DNA of 64,000 nucleotides, from the NCBI GenBank assembly GCA_965206705.1, contig CBDBKJ010000006.1, positions 3,286,946 to 3,350,945 of the forward strand, given 5' to 3'. Shown piece by piece: positions 22,720-32,933 of the stretch. A program made the position numbers and the translations under genes. The notes under the pieces are model-generated. The model was given only the letters and a program-made list of their open reading frames with translations, was not told the DNA's origin and did no database searches. Every line of letters starts with the position of its first letter. Position 1 is the first letter of the stretch. Origin of the DNA: Vicinamibacterales bacterium. Lineage in GTDB: Bacteria > Acidobacteriota > Vicinamibacteria > Vicinamibacterales > UBA8438.

Positions 22720-22809
22720 GGTCCTCGAACGGCGATCGCGTTGCGGCGGCGAGAACCGGCGGAACGGCGCAACCGGGGTGTGGCGCAGGAGATGGGCGAA
22801 TCATGGTCG

Positions 22810-24210
22810 ATGACGTTGCGCGATCTGGCCGGCGCCGTCGGCAGCCGGCAGGTCGTCGGTGCGGGCGAGACTCGCGCCGCCGGCGTCTCGATCGATTCCC
22901 GCTCGCTCTGCCGGGGCGATCTGTTCGTCGCGATCCGCGGAGCTCGTTTCGACGGGCACCGCTTCGTGGCGCAGGCCCTGGAACGCGGCGCGGCGGGGGC
23001 GCTCGTCAGCGATGCGGCGGTGCTCGGAACACCGCCGGCGCCGGGGATCGTCGTCGATGACACCTTGCACGCGCTGCAGGCGCTGGCCCGCCACGTCCGG
23101 CGAGACTCGGGGGCCCGGGTGGTCGCGGTGACCGGCAGCGTCGGGAAGACCACGACCAAGGAGCTGGCGGCGGCACTGCTCGCGACGCGGTACCGCGTGT
23201 TTCGGAATCGGGGCAACCTGAACAACCACATCGGGTTGCCGCTGTCGTTGCTGGAGTTGCGCACCCGGCCGGAGGTGGCCGTCGTGGAGCTGGGCATGAG
23301 CGGTCCTGGAGAGATTCGTCGCCTCGTCGACATCGCCGAGCCCGATCTGCGGGTGTGGACCAACGTCGGGGAGGCGCATGCCGCGTTCTTTCCGTCGATC
23401 GAGGCGATCGCCGATGCGAAGGCCGAGATCCTGACGGGGGCGGGGCCGGACACCGTGGTCGTCGCCAACGCGGGGGACGACCGGGTCATGCACCGCGTGA
23501 CCGGCTTCCCGGGACGGGTCGTCACGTTCGGAGTCGGGGTCGAGGCGGATGTGGCCGCGAGCCGCGTCGAGGATCTCGGGCTGGACGGCATGCGGGCGCA
23601 TCTTGGGACTCCGGCGGGCGAGGCGACGGTGCGCACGCCGCTGCTCGGCCGCGGCAATCTCGCGAACGTCCTCGCGGCGGTCGCGGTCGCGACGACGCTC
23701 CAGGTGCCGCTGGCCGCGGCGGTGGAGCAGGTGCCGGCGGTGGAGGCGCCGCCGCATCGAGGACGGATTCACCGGCTGGCCGGCCGCGTGGTCGTGATCG
23801 ACGATTCCTACAACTCCAGTCCGCTGGCCGTGGAGACGGCGCTGGCGACCCTGTCGCGCGAGCCCCGCGCCGGCCGCCGGGTGGCGGTGCTCGGCGAGAT
23901 GCTCGAGCTGGGCGTCCGTTCGACGGATCTGCATCGAGCCGCAGGCCGGGCCGCCGCGGCGGCCGGGGTGGGGCTGTTGCTGACGGTCGGCGGCGACCCG
24001 GCGCGGGCCCTCGGCCGGGCCGCCGTCGACGCCGGCGCCGCCGCCGCGAACGTCCTCCACTGCGACAACAGCGAAGAGGCGGCCGCGCGTGCCGGGGAGT
24101 TGATCCGCAACGACGACCTCGTGCTCGTCAAGGGGTCGCGGGGCGTTCGGACCGACCGGGTCGTGGCGCGGCTCTGCGCCGATCGGGCGGCCGGCGAGGA
24201 GGGAGGGTGA
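22810..24210 (+). CDS. murF: UDP-N-acetylmuramoyl-tripeptide--D-alanyl-D-alanine ligase
   Basis: Mur ligase (VTGSVGKTTTKE) in the dcw position after murE. The start is chosen at the ATG at 22810 (MTLRDLAGAV...). The ORF-track start at 22741 is possible. Confidence 0.9.
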   Translation: MTLRDLAGAVGSRQVVGAGETRAAGVSIDSRSLCRGDLFVAIRGARFDGHRFVAQALERGAAGALVSDAAVLGTPPAPGIVVDDTLHALQALARHVRRDSGARVVAVTGSVGKTTTKELAAALLATRYRVFRNRGNLNNHIGLPLSLLELRTRPEVAVVELGMSGPGEIRRLVDIAEPDLRVWTNVGEAHAAFFPSIEAIADAKAEILTGAGPDTVVVANAGDDRVMHRVTGFPGRVVTFGVGVEADVAASRVEDLGLDGMRAHLGTPAGEATVRTPLLGRGNLANVLAAVAVATTLQVPLAAAVEQVPAVEAPPHRGRIHRLAGRVVVIDDSYNSSPLAVETALATLSREPRAGRRVAVLGEMLELGVRSTDLHRAAGRAAAAAGVGLLLTVGGDPARALGRAAVDAGAAAANVLHCDNSEEAAARAGELIRNDDLVLVKGSRGVRTDRVVARLCADRAAGEEGG

Positions 24211-25274
24211 TGCTGTATCACCTGCTGTACCCGCCGCTGAACGTCGTCCAGTACATCACCGTCCGTACTGCCGCGGCCGGCATCACCGCGTTCCTCATCA
24301 GTCTCGTCCTGGGGCCCTGGCTGATCCGGACCCTTCGCGAGTTCCAGATCGGCCAGGTCGTGCGGGACGACCTCGCCGGGCACCAGTCCAAGGCGGGCAC
24401 CCCCACCATGGGCGGCCTGCTCATTCTGACCGCGGCGACGGTCCCGACCCTGGCCTGGGGCGACCTCACGAATCCCTACGTGTGGGTCGCCACGCTCTCG
24501 ATGATCGCCTTCGGACTCGTCGGTTTCCTGGACGACTACCTGAAGATCGTCCGCCGGAACCACGAGGGGCTCCTCCCGCGGTACAAGCTCGTCGGCCAGG
24601 GCGTCGTGGCCCTCGCCGTGGGTCTCGCCCTGTTGTGGATGAGCGGCCGGGAGATCTACAACACCGAGCTCATCCTGCCGTTCTTCAAGGAGCTCACCCC
24701 GGATCTCGGCTGGGCGTACGTCCCGTTCGGGATGCTGGTGATGGTGTTCTTCTCGAACGCCGTCAATCTGACGGACGGGCTCGACGGTCTCGCCATCAGC
24801 CTCTTCATCGTCGCGGCGGCGGCGATGACGGCGCTGGCCTACGTCACCGGGCACGCCACCTTCGCCGAGTACCTGTTGCTGACCCACGTGGCGCCGGCGG
24901 CGGAGCTCACGGTCTTCTGCGGCGCGTTGATCGGCGCCGGGCTCGGCTTCCTCTGGTACAACTCGCACCCCGCCGAGATCTTCATGGGCGACGTCGGATC
25001 CCTCGCGCTGGGGGGCGCCCTCGGGACGGTGGCCATCCTCATCAAGCAGGAGCTGTTGCTGCCGATCGTGGGCGCGGTGTTCGTCATCGAGGCCTTCTCC
25101 GTCGTGATTCAGGTCGGGTCGTTCAAGCTCACCGGCCAGCGCGTGTTCCGGATGGCCCCCCTCCACCATCACTGCGAGCTGATCGGGTGGAGCGAGCCGA
25201 AGGTGATCAGCCGGTTCCTGATCGCCGCGGTGGTCTTCGCCTGTTTCAGCCTCGCCACCCTGAAGCTGCGATGA
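24210..25274 (+). CDS. mraY: phospho-N-acetylmuramoyl-pentapeptide transferase
   Basis: 354 aa from an ATG overlapping the murF stop. Motifs are KAGTPTMGG, NAVNLTDGLDGLA and HHHCE. Confidence 0.94.
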   Translation: MLYHLLYPPLNVVQYITVRTAAAGITAFLISLVLGPWLIRTLREFQIGQVVRDDLAGHQSKAGTPTMGGLLILTAATVPTLAWGDLTNPYVWVATLSMIAFGLVGFLDDYLKIVRRNHEGLLPRYKLVGQGVVALAVGLALLWMSGREIYNTELILPFFKELTPDLGWAYVPFGMLVMVFFSNAVNLTDGLDGLAISLFIVAAAAMTALAYVTGHATFAEYLLLTHVAPAAELTVFCGALIGAGLGFLWYNSHPAEIFMGDVGSLALGGALGTVAILIKQELLLPIVGAVFVIEAFSVVIQVGSFKLTGQRVFRMAPLHHHCELIGWSEPKVISRFLIAAVVFACFSLATLKLR

Positions 25275-26650
25275 ACGCATTCTCCGTGCGGGGGTCGACG
25301 GTCGTCGTCGTGGGGGCGGCGCGCAGCGGCGTGGCGGCGGCGCAGCTTCTCGCGGCGCGCGGCGCGCAGGTGGTCCTGACCGAGCAGCGGTCCGAGGTGG
25401 GCGCCGCGGTCCGCCGCCTGGAGGACGCCGGCATCGAGCTGGAGCTGGGCGGACATCGCGCCGACACGCTGGCCCGGGCGGACCTGGTGGTGCTGAGCCC
25501 CGGCGTGCCCCCCGCGTCGGCGGTGTTCGACGCGGTCAGGCGGCGGGGCGTTCCCGTCATCAGCGAGCTCGAGCTGGCGTGCCGCTGGCTGCGGGGGCGC
25601 ATCGTGGCGGTGACCGGGACCAAGGGCAAGTCGACGACGGTGGTGCTGGTGGGGCGGATGCTCGAGGCCGGGGGCTGGGACGTGCTGGTGGGAGGGAACG
25701 TGGGCACCGCGCTCAGCACGCAGGTGGACGAGTCCACGCCCGAGATGATCCACGTGGTCGAAGCGTCGAGCTTCCAGCTCGAGCTGACCCGGACGTTCCG
25801 GCCCTCGATCGCGGTGCTGCTCAATCTGCATCGCGACCATCTCGACCGCCATGGGGGCTATCCCGCCTACGCGGCGGCCAAGACCCGCGTCTTCGCCAAC
25901 CAGACGGCGGCCGACACGCTGGTCGTCAATGCCGACGACCCCGAGGTCCTGCGGCTGGCCCGGGCGAGTCGCGCCCGGCAGGTGCCCTACGCCCTCGAGG
26001 CGTCGATCGACGCGGGCATCGCGGTCGCGGGCGGCGCCGTCGTGCGCCGGACGGCGGCCGGCGACACCCCTCTGGTGCCCCTGACGGCCGTGCACCTGAG
26101 GGGGCGGCATCTCCTGAGCGACGTCCTCGCCGCGAGCGCGGTGGCGAGCCTCGTCGGCGTGTCCGCGGGCGAGATGACCCGGGCCGTCGATGGGTTCACG
26201 GGGCTCGACCATGCCCTCGCGCCGGCCGGCGAGGTCGGCGGGGTGCGGTTCGTCGACGATTCCAAGGCGACGAACGTCGCGGCGGCGCGATGCGCCATCG
26301 AGAGCTGCGGCGATCACCTCGTGGTCATCCTGGGCGGACGTTTCAAGGGGGGCGATCTCGCGTCGCTCGCCCCCCTGCTCGAACGCCGGGCCGATGCGGT
26401 CATCGCCCTCGGCGAGATTCGCGAGCGCATCCGGGAGACCTTCGAGGCGGTGGTGCGGGTGGTCGAGGTGGGGTCGCTCGACGATGCGGTCCGCGCCGCC
26501 TATGGGCTGGCCGCGCCCGGGGGCACGGTGCTGCTGGCGCCGGCGTGCGCGAGCCTCGACATGTTCCGGGACTACGCCGAACGCGGCCGCGTGTTCGTGC
26601 AGGCGGTGGACCGCCTGCGGGAGGAGGTCGAAACGAAGCGTGAGCAGTGA
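25271..26650 (+). CDS. murD: UDP-N-acetylmuramoylalanine--D-glutamate ligase
   Basis: 459 aa from an ATG overlapping the mraY stop. Motifs are VVVGAARSG (Rossmann), VTGTKGKSTT and DDSKATN. Confidence 0.93.
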   Translation: MNAFSVRGSTVVVVGAARSGVAAAQLLAARGAQVVLTEQRSEVGAAVRRLEDAGIELELGGHRADTLARADLVVLSPGVPPASAVFDAVRRRGVPVISELELACRWLRGRIVAVTGTKGKSTTVVLVGRMLEAGGWDVLVGGNVGTALSTQVDESTPEMIHVVEASSFQLELTRTFRPSIAVLLNLHRDHLDRHGGYPAYAAAKTRVFANQTAADTLVVNADDPEVLRLARASRARQVPYALEASIDAGIAVAGGAVVRRTAAGDTPLVPLTAVHLRGRHLLSDVLAASAVASLVGVSAGEMTRAVDGFTGLDHALAPAGEVGGVRFVDDSKATNVAAARCAIESCGDHLVVILGGRFKGGDLASLAPLLERRADAVIALGEIRERIRETFEAVVRVVEVGSLDDAVRAAYGLAAPGGTVLLAPACASLDMFRDYAERGRVFVQAVDRLREEVETKREQ

Positions 26651-26770
26651 GCAGTCATCAGTCGGGTCGCGGCGGGGGAGAGTCGACCGCTGGGAACGCA
26701 GGCTGCCTCGGTCTGCGAGGTCGGTGTCTTCTCCTCGCGCGCGGCTGATGACTGCTGACCGCTCACGCTT
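26637..26770. repeat. 134-bp long inverted repeat (MITE-like or stem-loop) in the murD-ftsW spacer
   Basis: The left arm gaagcgtgagcagtgagcagtcatcag (26637-26664) pairs with the right arm ctgatgactgctgaccgctcacgcttc (26742-26770). The outer 11 bp are perfect. The left arm overlaps the last 5 codons and the stop of murD. Confidence 0.7.
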
Positions 26771-26839
26771 CTGGATGTCGGATCGAAGCGCTCCGGACTT
26801 TAGGGCCGCGTCGGCCATCCGCCGTTACGGGCTACGACT

Positions 26840-27967
26840 ATGGCGCGAAAGCTGAAATCAGACAAGGTGTTGTTTCTCGCCACCGCGCTCCTCCTGTGCG
26901 TCAGCGTGGTGATGGTGTACAGCGCCTCGGCCGTCCTCGCGATGGCCCGGTTCGAGCAGCCGCCCTGGTTCTTTCTCCTCAAGCAGGTGACGTGGGCCAT
27001 CCTCGGCATCGGGCTGCTCGCCATCGCCATGCGCGTCGACTACCGCGAGTTGCGGCGGCCGCTCGTGGTCCGGGGGGCGCTGGTGGTCTCGGTCCTCGCC
27101 CTCCTGGTCGTTTTCCTGGGACCCGCGATCAACGGGACGCGCCGGTGGTTCTCGATCGGCGGCATCGGCATCCAGCCCTCGGAGTTCGCCAAGGCCGCGG
27201 TCATCCTGTTTGCCGCCGCCGCCCTCGAGCGGCGCATGGACAAGATGGACCGGGTCGTCCGGGCCCTGGCGCCGGTGGTCCTGGTCACCGGCCTCGTCTG
27301 CGGCCTGATCGTGCTCGAGCCCGACTTCGGGACCGCGTTCACCCTGCTCATGATCGTCGGCGTGATGGTGTTCGCGGCGGGGCTGCCGTCCCGCCACCTC
27401 GCGGGGCTGACGCTGGCCCTCGTGCCCTTGCTGGCCGTGGTTCTGGTCAGCGAGCCCTACCGGCTCCAGCGGCTGCTCACGTTTCTCGACCCCTGGGCCG
27501 ATCCGTACGGCCACGGATACCAGGTCATCCAGTCGCAGATTGCCGTGGGCACGGGGGGGGTCCTCGGGCAGGGGCTGATGGCGGGCGTACAGAAGCTGTT
27601 CTACCTGCCGCATCCGCACACCGACTTCATCTATGCGGTGATTGCCGAAGAGACCGGACTGGTCGGGGCCTCCGTGGTGCTGCTGTGTTTCGGGGTCATC
27701 CTGTGGCGCGGAATGGGCATCGCGATGGCGGCGCCGGATCGGTTCGGGGCGTTCCTGGCCCTCGGCATCACGATGATGGTGACGTTCCAGGCGTTCTTCA
27801 ACATCAGCGTCGTGCTGGGGATGTTGCCGACCAAGGGAATCCCGTTGCCGTTCGTCAGCGCGGGGGGGTCGTCGCTGCTCATCAACCTGTTGGCGATGGG
27901 CATTCTGCTGAACGTCTCGCAACACACGTCGCAGCCGCGGCGCATGCCGGTGGTGCAGTCCGGATGA
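26840..27967 (+). CDS. ftsW: peptidoglycan glycosyltransferase FtsW (SEDS family)
   Basis: 375-aa polytopic protein with SEDS motifs (RRWFSIGGIGIQPSEFAK, HTDFIYAVIAEETG, PLPFVSAGGSS). Confidence 0.92.
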   Translation: MARKLKSDKVLFLATALLLCVSVVMVYSASAVLAMARFEQPPWFFLLKQVTWAILGIGLLAIAMRVDYRELRRPLVVRGALVVSVLALLVVFLGPAINGTRRWFSIGGIGIQPSEFAKAAVILFAAAALERRMDKMDRVVRALAPVVLVTGLVCGLIVLEPDFGTAFTLLMIVGVMVFAAGLPSRHLAGLTLALVPLLAVVLVSEPYRLQRLLTFLDPWADPYGHGYQVIQSQIAVGTGGVLGQGLMAGVQKLFYLPHPHTDFIYAVIAEETGLVGASVVLLCFGVILWRGMGIAMAAPDRFGAFLALGITMMVTFQAFFNISVVLGMLPTKGIPLPFVSAGGSSLLINLLAMGILLNVSQHTSQPRRMPVVQSG

Positions 27968-27991
27968 CGTGCGGGGGCGGCGGCACGGCGG

Positions 27992-29155
27992 GTGGGCGCA
28001 TGCCCGGCGCCGAGGGGGTGCGATGGGCGGGAGACGGGTCGGGTGACGTCCGGACCGCGCGTACTGATGAGCGGAGGCGGCACCGGCGGGCATCTCTATC
28101 CCGGCATCGCGGTGGCCCGGGAGATTCGGCGCCGGCGCCCGGCGGCGCGGATCGTGTTCGCGGGCACCGGCCGCGGCGCCGAGATACCGACCGTCAACGA
28201 CCAGGGGTTCGAGCATGTGCTGATTCGCAGCGCCGGGTTGAAGGGCACGTCGTGGCGGGCGCGGATCCGCGGGTTCTCGCTGCTGCCGTTGAGTGCCCGG
28301 GACGCGTGGCGGGCGATCGATCGGGTCGATCCGCACCTGGTCATCGGGCTGGGCGGCTACTCGGCCGGGGCGGTCGTCCTGCTGGCGGCGTTGCGGCGGA
28401 TTCCGACCCTGGTGCTCGAACAGAACGTGACGCCCGGCATCACCAACCGGTTGCTGGCGCCGGTGGTCAGCGCCGCCGCCGTGTCGCACGAAGCGACCCT
28501 GCCGCAGTTTCGCGGCAAGGGGTTCGTGGCGGGAAATCCGGTTCGGACCGAGTTCTTCGAACCGGCGTCGGCGCCGCCTCCGGCGTCGGCGCCGGTTTCG
28601 CGGCCGGCGCACCTGCTCGTGCTCGGCGGATCGCAGGGAGCCCACGCGATCAACGTGGCGATGATGGCGGCGGCGCCGGTCCTGGCCGGTTCGGACGTCC
28701 CGCTCGCGGTCACCCACCAGACCGGCCGCCGCGATCGGGACGCGGTGAAGGCGGCGTACATCCGGGCGGGGGTGTCGGCGCGGGTGGCGCCGTTCTTCCA
28801 GGAGATGGCGGACATCATGCGCCGGGCGGACGTCGTGGTGAGCCGCGCCGGTGCGACCACCCTCGCCGAGCTGGCGGCGGCCGGCCGGCCGGCCGTGCTG
28901 GTGCCGCTGCCCGGTTCCGCCGACGGTCACCAGCAGGCCAACGCCGAGGTGTTGGCGGATCGGGGTGCGGCTGAGGTGTTGCCGGAAGCGGGCCTGAGCG
29001 GAGAGCGGCTGGCGGCGCGGGTGCTCGCGCTCGCCGCGGACGACGAACGGCGCCGGCGGATGGGAGCGGCGGCCAGGACACTGGCCCGGCCGCGGGCGGT
29101 GTCCATCATCGTCGATCGGGCCGAGGGCCTGATCGGAGAGGCGAACGACGCGTGA
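27992..29155 (+). CDS. murG: UDP-N-acetylglucosamine--N-acetylmuramyl-(pentapeptide) pyrophosphoryl-undecaprenol GlcNAc transferase
   Basis: The motif GGGTGGHLYPGIAVA lies near the N-terminus and the C-terminal half is a GT28 domain. The true start is probably the GTG at 28043 (VTSGPRVLMSGGGTGGH). Confidence 0.9.
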   Translation: MGACPAPRGCDGRETGRVTSGPRVLMSGGGTGGHLYPGIAVAREIRRRRPAARIVFAGTGRGAEIPTVNDQGFEHVLIRSAGLKGTSWRARIRGFSLLPLSARDAWRAIDRVDPHLVIGLGGYSAGAVVLLAALRRIPTLVLEQNVTPGITNRLLAPVVSAAAVSHEATLPQFRGKGFVAGNPVRTEFFEPASAPPPASAPVSRPAHLLVLGGSQGAHAINVAMMAAAPVLAGSDVPLAVTHQTGRRDRDAVKAAYIRAGVSARVAPFFQEMADIMRRADVVVSRAGATTLAELAAAGRPAVLVPLPGSADGHQQANAEVLADRGAAEVLPEAGLSGERLAARVLALAADDERRRRMGAAARTLARPRAVSIIVDRAEGLIGEANDA

Positions 29156-29159
29156 ACGG

Positions 29160-30623
29160 GTGGCGAGGCATTCTCCCGAGGAGAACCGGCGGGCGCAGTT
29201 GGCGGTCAGCCATGGCCTGCCCCCGGATACCCGCCGGGTGCATTTCGTCGGGGTGGGCGGCGTCGGCATGAGTGGTGTGGCTGAAATGATGTGCGGTCTC
29301 GGCTACGAGGTCAGCGGCTCGGACCTGCAGGCTTCGGCGGCCATGGAGCGGTTGCGGGCGTGCGGCGCCGCCGTGCGGACCGGCCACGACGCCCGCCGGG
29401 TCGAGGGGGCGCACGCCGTGGTCGTCTCGGCCGCGGTGCCCGACGACAATCCCGAGATCGTCGAGGCCCGGCGCCGTCACCTGCCGGTGGTGCGGCGCGG
29501 CGTCATGCTGGCGGGGCTCGCCGCCTCGCGCTCCACCATCGCGGTGACCGGCACGCACGGCAAGAGCACCACGTCGTCGATGGTGGCGGTGATGCTGGCC
29601 GAGTGCGGACTGGATCCGGCGGTGGTGGTGGGGGCCCGCATCGACGCCTTCGCGAGCAACGCGAGAATCGGGAACGGACCCCATTTCGTGGTCGAAGCGG
29701 ACGAGAGCGAGCCGTCGCTGCTGGCGCTACGGCCCCGTATCGCGGTCCTGACGAATCTCGAGCCGGAACATCTCGACTACTACGGGACGTTCGACCGCCT
29801 GCGCGACACCCTCGCGCTCTTCGCCAACCGGACCGTCGAGTCGGGCGCGGTCGTGGTGTGCGCCGACGACCCCGGCGTGGCCGGCCTGCGCGACCGCCTC
29901 GAGCGGCGGGTCGTGACCTATGCGATTGAGGACGCGTACGCCGACGTGGTCGGTCACGCGCCGGTCTGCGTCGCCGACGGCTCGCGGTGCCGCGTGCGGT
30001 ACACCCGGCGGGGGCGGCGCGGGACGACGGCGCTCGAGGTCGGGGTGCCGGGGGCGCACAACCTGCTGAACGGGCTCGCGGCCTTCGCCGTCGGGTTGGA
30101 GGTGGGGCTCGATCCGGCGGAAGCGGCGACGGCCCTCCGGCGTTTCACCGGTGTCGGCCGGCGGTTCGAACATCGCGGCACGGCGGCCGGCGTGCGGGTC
30201 GTCGACGACTACGGCCACCACCCCACCGAGATCGCCGCGGTGCTGGCGACGGCCCGCCAGCAGCCGCACGAACGGCTCGTGGTCGTCTTCGAGCCGCATC
30301 GATACTCGCGGACGGCCCGGTTCCTCGACCGGTTCGCCGAGGTGTTGGCGACGGCCGACGTCGTGGTTCTCGTCGACATCTTCGCCGCGGGCGAGCCGGC
30401 GCTCCCGGGCATCACGACCGAGCGCCTCGTCCGTGCGGTGCGCCGCGAGACGGACCGGCCTGTGCACCATGCCCGCACCCTCGACGAAGTCGCGCCGCTG
30501 GTGGCCGGGCTGTCGCAGCCCGGCGATCTGGTGGTCACGCTGGGGGCGGGGCCGATCGGCGGGGTCGGCGGCCGTCTTCTGCAGGCGATCGAAGCGGCCG
30601 CCGGTGGTGGCGGGGAGGGATGA
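29160..30623 (+). CDS. murC: UDP-N-acetylmuramate--L-alanine ligase
   Basis: The motif VHFVGVGGVGMSGVAE is followed by the Mur ligase P-loop VTGTHGKSTTS. The ORF uses a GTG start. Confidence 0.92.
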   Translation: MARHSPEENRRAQLAVSHGLPPDTRRVHFVGVGGVGMSGVAEMMCGLGYEVSGSDLQASAAMERLRACGAAVRTGHDARRVEGAHAVVVSAAVPDDNPEIVEARRRHLPVVRRGVMLAGLAASRSTIAVTGTHGKSTTSSMVAVMLAECGLDPAVVVGARIDAFASNARIGNGPHFVVEADESEPSLLALRPRIAVLTNLEPEHLDYYGTFDRLRDTLALFANRTVESGAVVVCADDPGVAGLRDRLERRVVTYAIEDAYADVVGHAPVCVADGSRCRVRYTRRGRRGTTALEVGVPGAHNLLNGLAAFAVGLEVGLDPAEAATALRRFTGVGRRFEHRGTAAGVRVVDDYGHHPTEIAAVLATARQQPHERLVVVFEPHRYSRTARFLDRFAEVLATADVVVLVDIFAAGEPALPGITTERLVRAVRRETDRPVHHARTLDEVAPLVAGLSQPGDLVVTLGAGPIGGVGGRLLQAIEAAAGGGGEG

Positions 30624-31540
30624 CGGTGGTGCCGCGAAACGCCCTGTCCGCCCCATTTTCTCCGGCCGATCCCGCTCCGCGCACCTCGCGGATGCAGCGG
30701 CTCGCCGCGGGGGCCGGGCGCCACTGGGCGCGCGTCGCGCGCGGCCTGGGCCTGGCCGGCGGTCTGTGCTGCGTGGGATGGATGGTGGCGGCGGAGCTGC
30801 CCGCCGCCCCGTTCCTGGCCATCGACAACGTCGTCGTGCGGGGCAACCGGCAGTTGTCCGACGGGGAGGTGCTGGCGCTGATGCCGGGCCTGCGCGGCGC
30901 CAGCATCCTGTCCGTCGATCTGGCGGACCAGCGGCGGCGGCTCTCCGCATCGCCGTGGCTGACCGGCGGCACGTTGCGGCGCCGATTGCCGTCGACGGTC
31001 GAGGTGTTCGTGACCGAGCGCCGCCCCATCGCCATCGCCCGGTTCGGCAGCCGGCTGTACCTGCTGGATGCGTCCGGGGCGATCGTCGACGGCTACGAGC
31101 CGCGCTTCGCCCGGTTCGATTTTCCCATCGTCGATGGTCTGGGGGGCGATGGAGGGAGTGCGGAGGCCGTCGACCCGGGGCGCATGGCGCTGGCCGCCCG
31201 GCTGCTGGAGCAGCTGGCGAGCCAGCCCGACGTGCTCGATACGGTGTCCCAGATCGATGTCGCCGACCCCGGCGACGCGGTGGTGCTGCTCGATGACGAC
31301 GTGACGTTGCTGCATCTGGGCACGGAGCGGTTTCTCGCACGGCTGCGGCTCTACGCAGAGCTGGCGCCGGTGCTGCGCGCAGAGGTCCGGGATATCGACG
31401 AGATCGATCTGCGGTTCGACCCGCGCGTGTACGTCCGGCCGGGCGGCCGGACGCGGTCGGCCTCGAGCCGGCGGGTCGACGGGGTCGCCGGCGGGGCAGC
31501 GGCCGGTCGGCCGGGTGGTGCCTTTGCGTCGCGTCGGTGA
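30620..31540 (+). CDS. ftsQ: cell division protein FtsQ (POTRA domain)
   Basis: 306 aa from an ATG overlapping the murC stop. It has one TM segment and then a POTRA-like region (FLAIDNVVVRGNRQLSDGEV). It sits before ftsA. Confidence 0.82.
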   Translation: MTVVPRNALSAPFSPADPAPRTSRMQRLAAGAGRHWARVARGLGLAGGLCCVGWMVAAELPAAPFLAIDNVVVRGNRQLSDGEVLALMPGLRGASILSVDLADQRRRLSASPWLTGGTLRRRLPSTVEVFVTERRPIAIARFGSRLYLLDASGAIVDGYEPRFARFDFPIVDGLGGDGGSAEAVDPGRMALAARLLEQLASQPDVLDTVSQIDVADPGDAVVLLDDDVTLLHLGTERFLARLRLYAELAPVLRAEVRDIDEIDLRFDPRVYVRPGGRTRSASSRRVDGVAGGAAAGRPGGAFASRR

Positions 31541-31561
31541 GGCGTGACGGACGGGGGTTCC

Positions 31562-32821
31562 ATGGCGAAAAAGGAAAATCATCTCGTCGGTCTCGACGTC
31601 GGCACGTCGAAGGTGGCGGCCATCGTGGCCGAACCCCTCGACGACGGCGGCATCGACATCACCGGCGTCGGGGTCGTCGAGGCTCAGGGCGTCAAGCGCG
31701 GGGTCGTCGTCAATCTCGAGGCGGCGGTCGAGTCGATCAAGAAGGCGATCGAGGAAGCCGAGCTCACCGCGGGCGTGGAGATCGATTCGGTGGCCATCGG
31801 CCTCTCCGGGGCGCATCTGAAGGCGTTCAACAGCCGCGGCGTGGTGGCGGTCGCGGACCGGCACCGCGAGATCAACCGCGGCGACGTCCGGCGCGCGATC
31901 GATGCCGCCAAGGCGGTGACGCTGCCGGCGGGCCGCGAGATCGTGCACCTCCTCGCCCAGGACTTCACGGTGGACGGCCAGGACGGGATCAATGCGCCCG
32001 TCGGCATGACCGGGTCCCGCCTCGAGGTCAACGTGCACGTGGTCACCGGCAGCATCTCGACGACCCAGAACATCATCGCCTGCGTGAACCGGGCGGGGGT
32101 GGAGGTCGCCGACATGTTCATCGAGCAGCTCGCGGCGAGCGAGTCGGTGCTGACCACCGCCGAACGGGATCTGGGCGTGGCGCTGGTCGATATCGGCGGG
32201 GGCACGACCGACCTCGCCATCTTCGAGCGCGGCAGTCTCTGGCATACCGGCGTCGTGACCCTCGGCGGCGACCACTTCACGAACGACATCGCGGTCGAGT
32301 TGCGGATGCCGATTCCCGACGCCGAGAAGACCAAGCGCCTGCAGGGGTGCGCGCTCGACGCGATGGTCGACGAGGACGAGCGCATCGAGGTGGCGAGCGT
32401 CGGGGGGAGGCCGCCGCGGGAGATGTCCCGGCGCGTGCTGTCCAGGGTGCTGCAACCGCGGGCCGAGCAGCTGTTCCACAAGCTGTGGGACGAGATACGG
32501 CGCGCCGGCTACGAGGATTCCCTGCATTCCGGCATCGTGCTGTGCGGCGGCGCGTCCCTGCTGGAGGGGATACCGGAGATCGCCGAGCAGATCTTCGACC
32601 TGCCGATTCGCCGGGGGTGCCCGGCCGGCGTCGGGGGGCTCACCGATCACGTCAACAGTCCGGCGTTCGCAACCGGGGTGGGACTGGTGAAACACGCGCA
32701 CCGCCGCCAGATGCAGGAGCAGGCGCGGGAGAGTTGGTGGAACGTCGATCGGAGCCTCGGCGGTCGCCTGAGGGGGTTGCTTCGTTTTCTGGGGCGCGCC
32801 CGAGGCCGCAGTTGGGCATGA
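31562..32821 (+). CDS. ftsA: cell division protein FtsA
   Basis: Actin-like ATPase motifs are present (VGLDVGTSKVAAIV, DIGGGTTDLAIF). The start is taken at the ATG at 31562. Confidence 0.93.
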   Translation: MAKKENHLVGLDVGTSKVAAIVAEPLDDGGIDITGVGVVEAQGVKRGVVVNLEAAVESIKKAIEEAELTAGVEIDSVAIGLSGAHLKAFNSRGVVAVADRHREINRGDVRRAIDAAKAVTLPAGREIVHLLAQDFTVDGQDGINAPVGMTGSRLEVNVHVVTGSISTTQNIIACVNRAGVEVADMFIEQLAASESVLTTAERDLGVALVDIGGGTTDLAIFERGSLWHTGVVTLGGDHFTNDIAVELRMPIPDAEKTKRLQGCALDAMVDEDERIEVASVGGRPPREMSRRVLSRVLQPRAEQLFHKLWDEIRRAGYEDSLHSGIVLCGGASLLEGIPEIAEQIFDLPIRRGCPAGVGGLTDHVNSPAFATGVGLVKHAHRRQMQEQARESWWNVDRSLGGRLRGLLRFLGRARGRSWA

Positions 32822-32933
32822 CCCGGTCGTTGGGGACGGCGGCAACGTCCGGAATCCGCAAGTCCGGCTGACCGTCTGGATACGCGCGGTACCTGTGCCG
32901 GCGGCCACGTTGGCGGAAGGACAAGGGGGGTAG

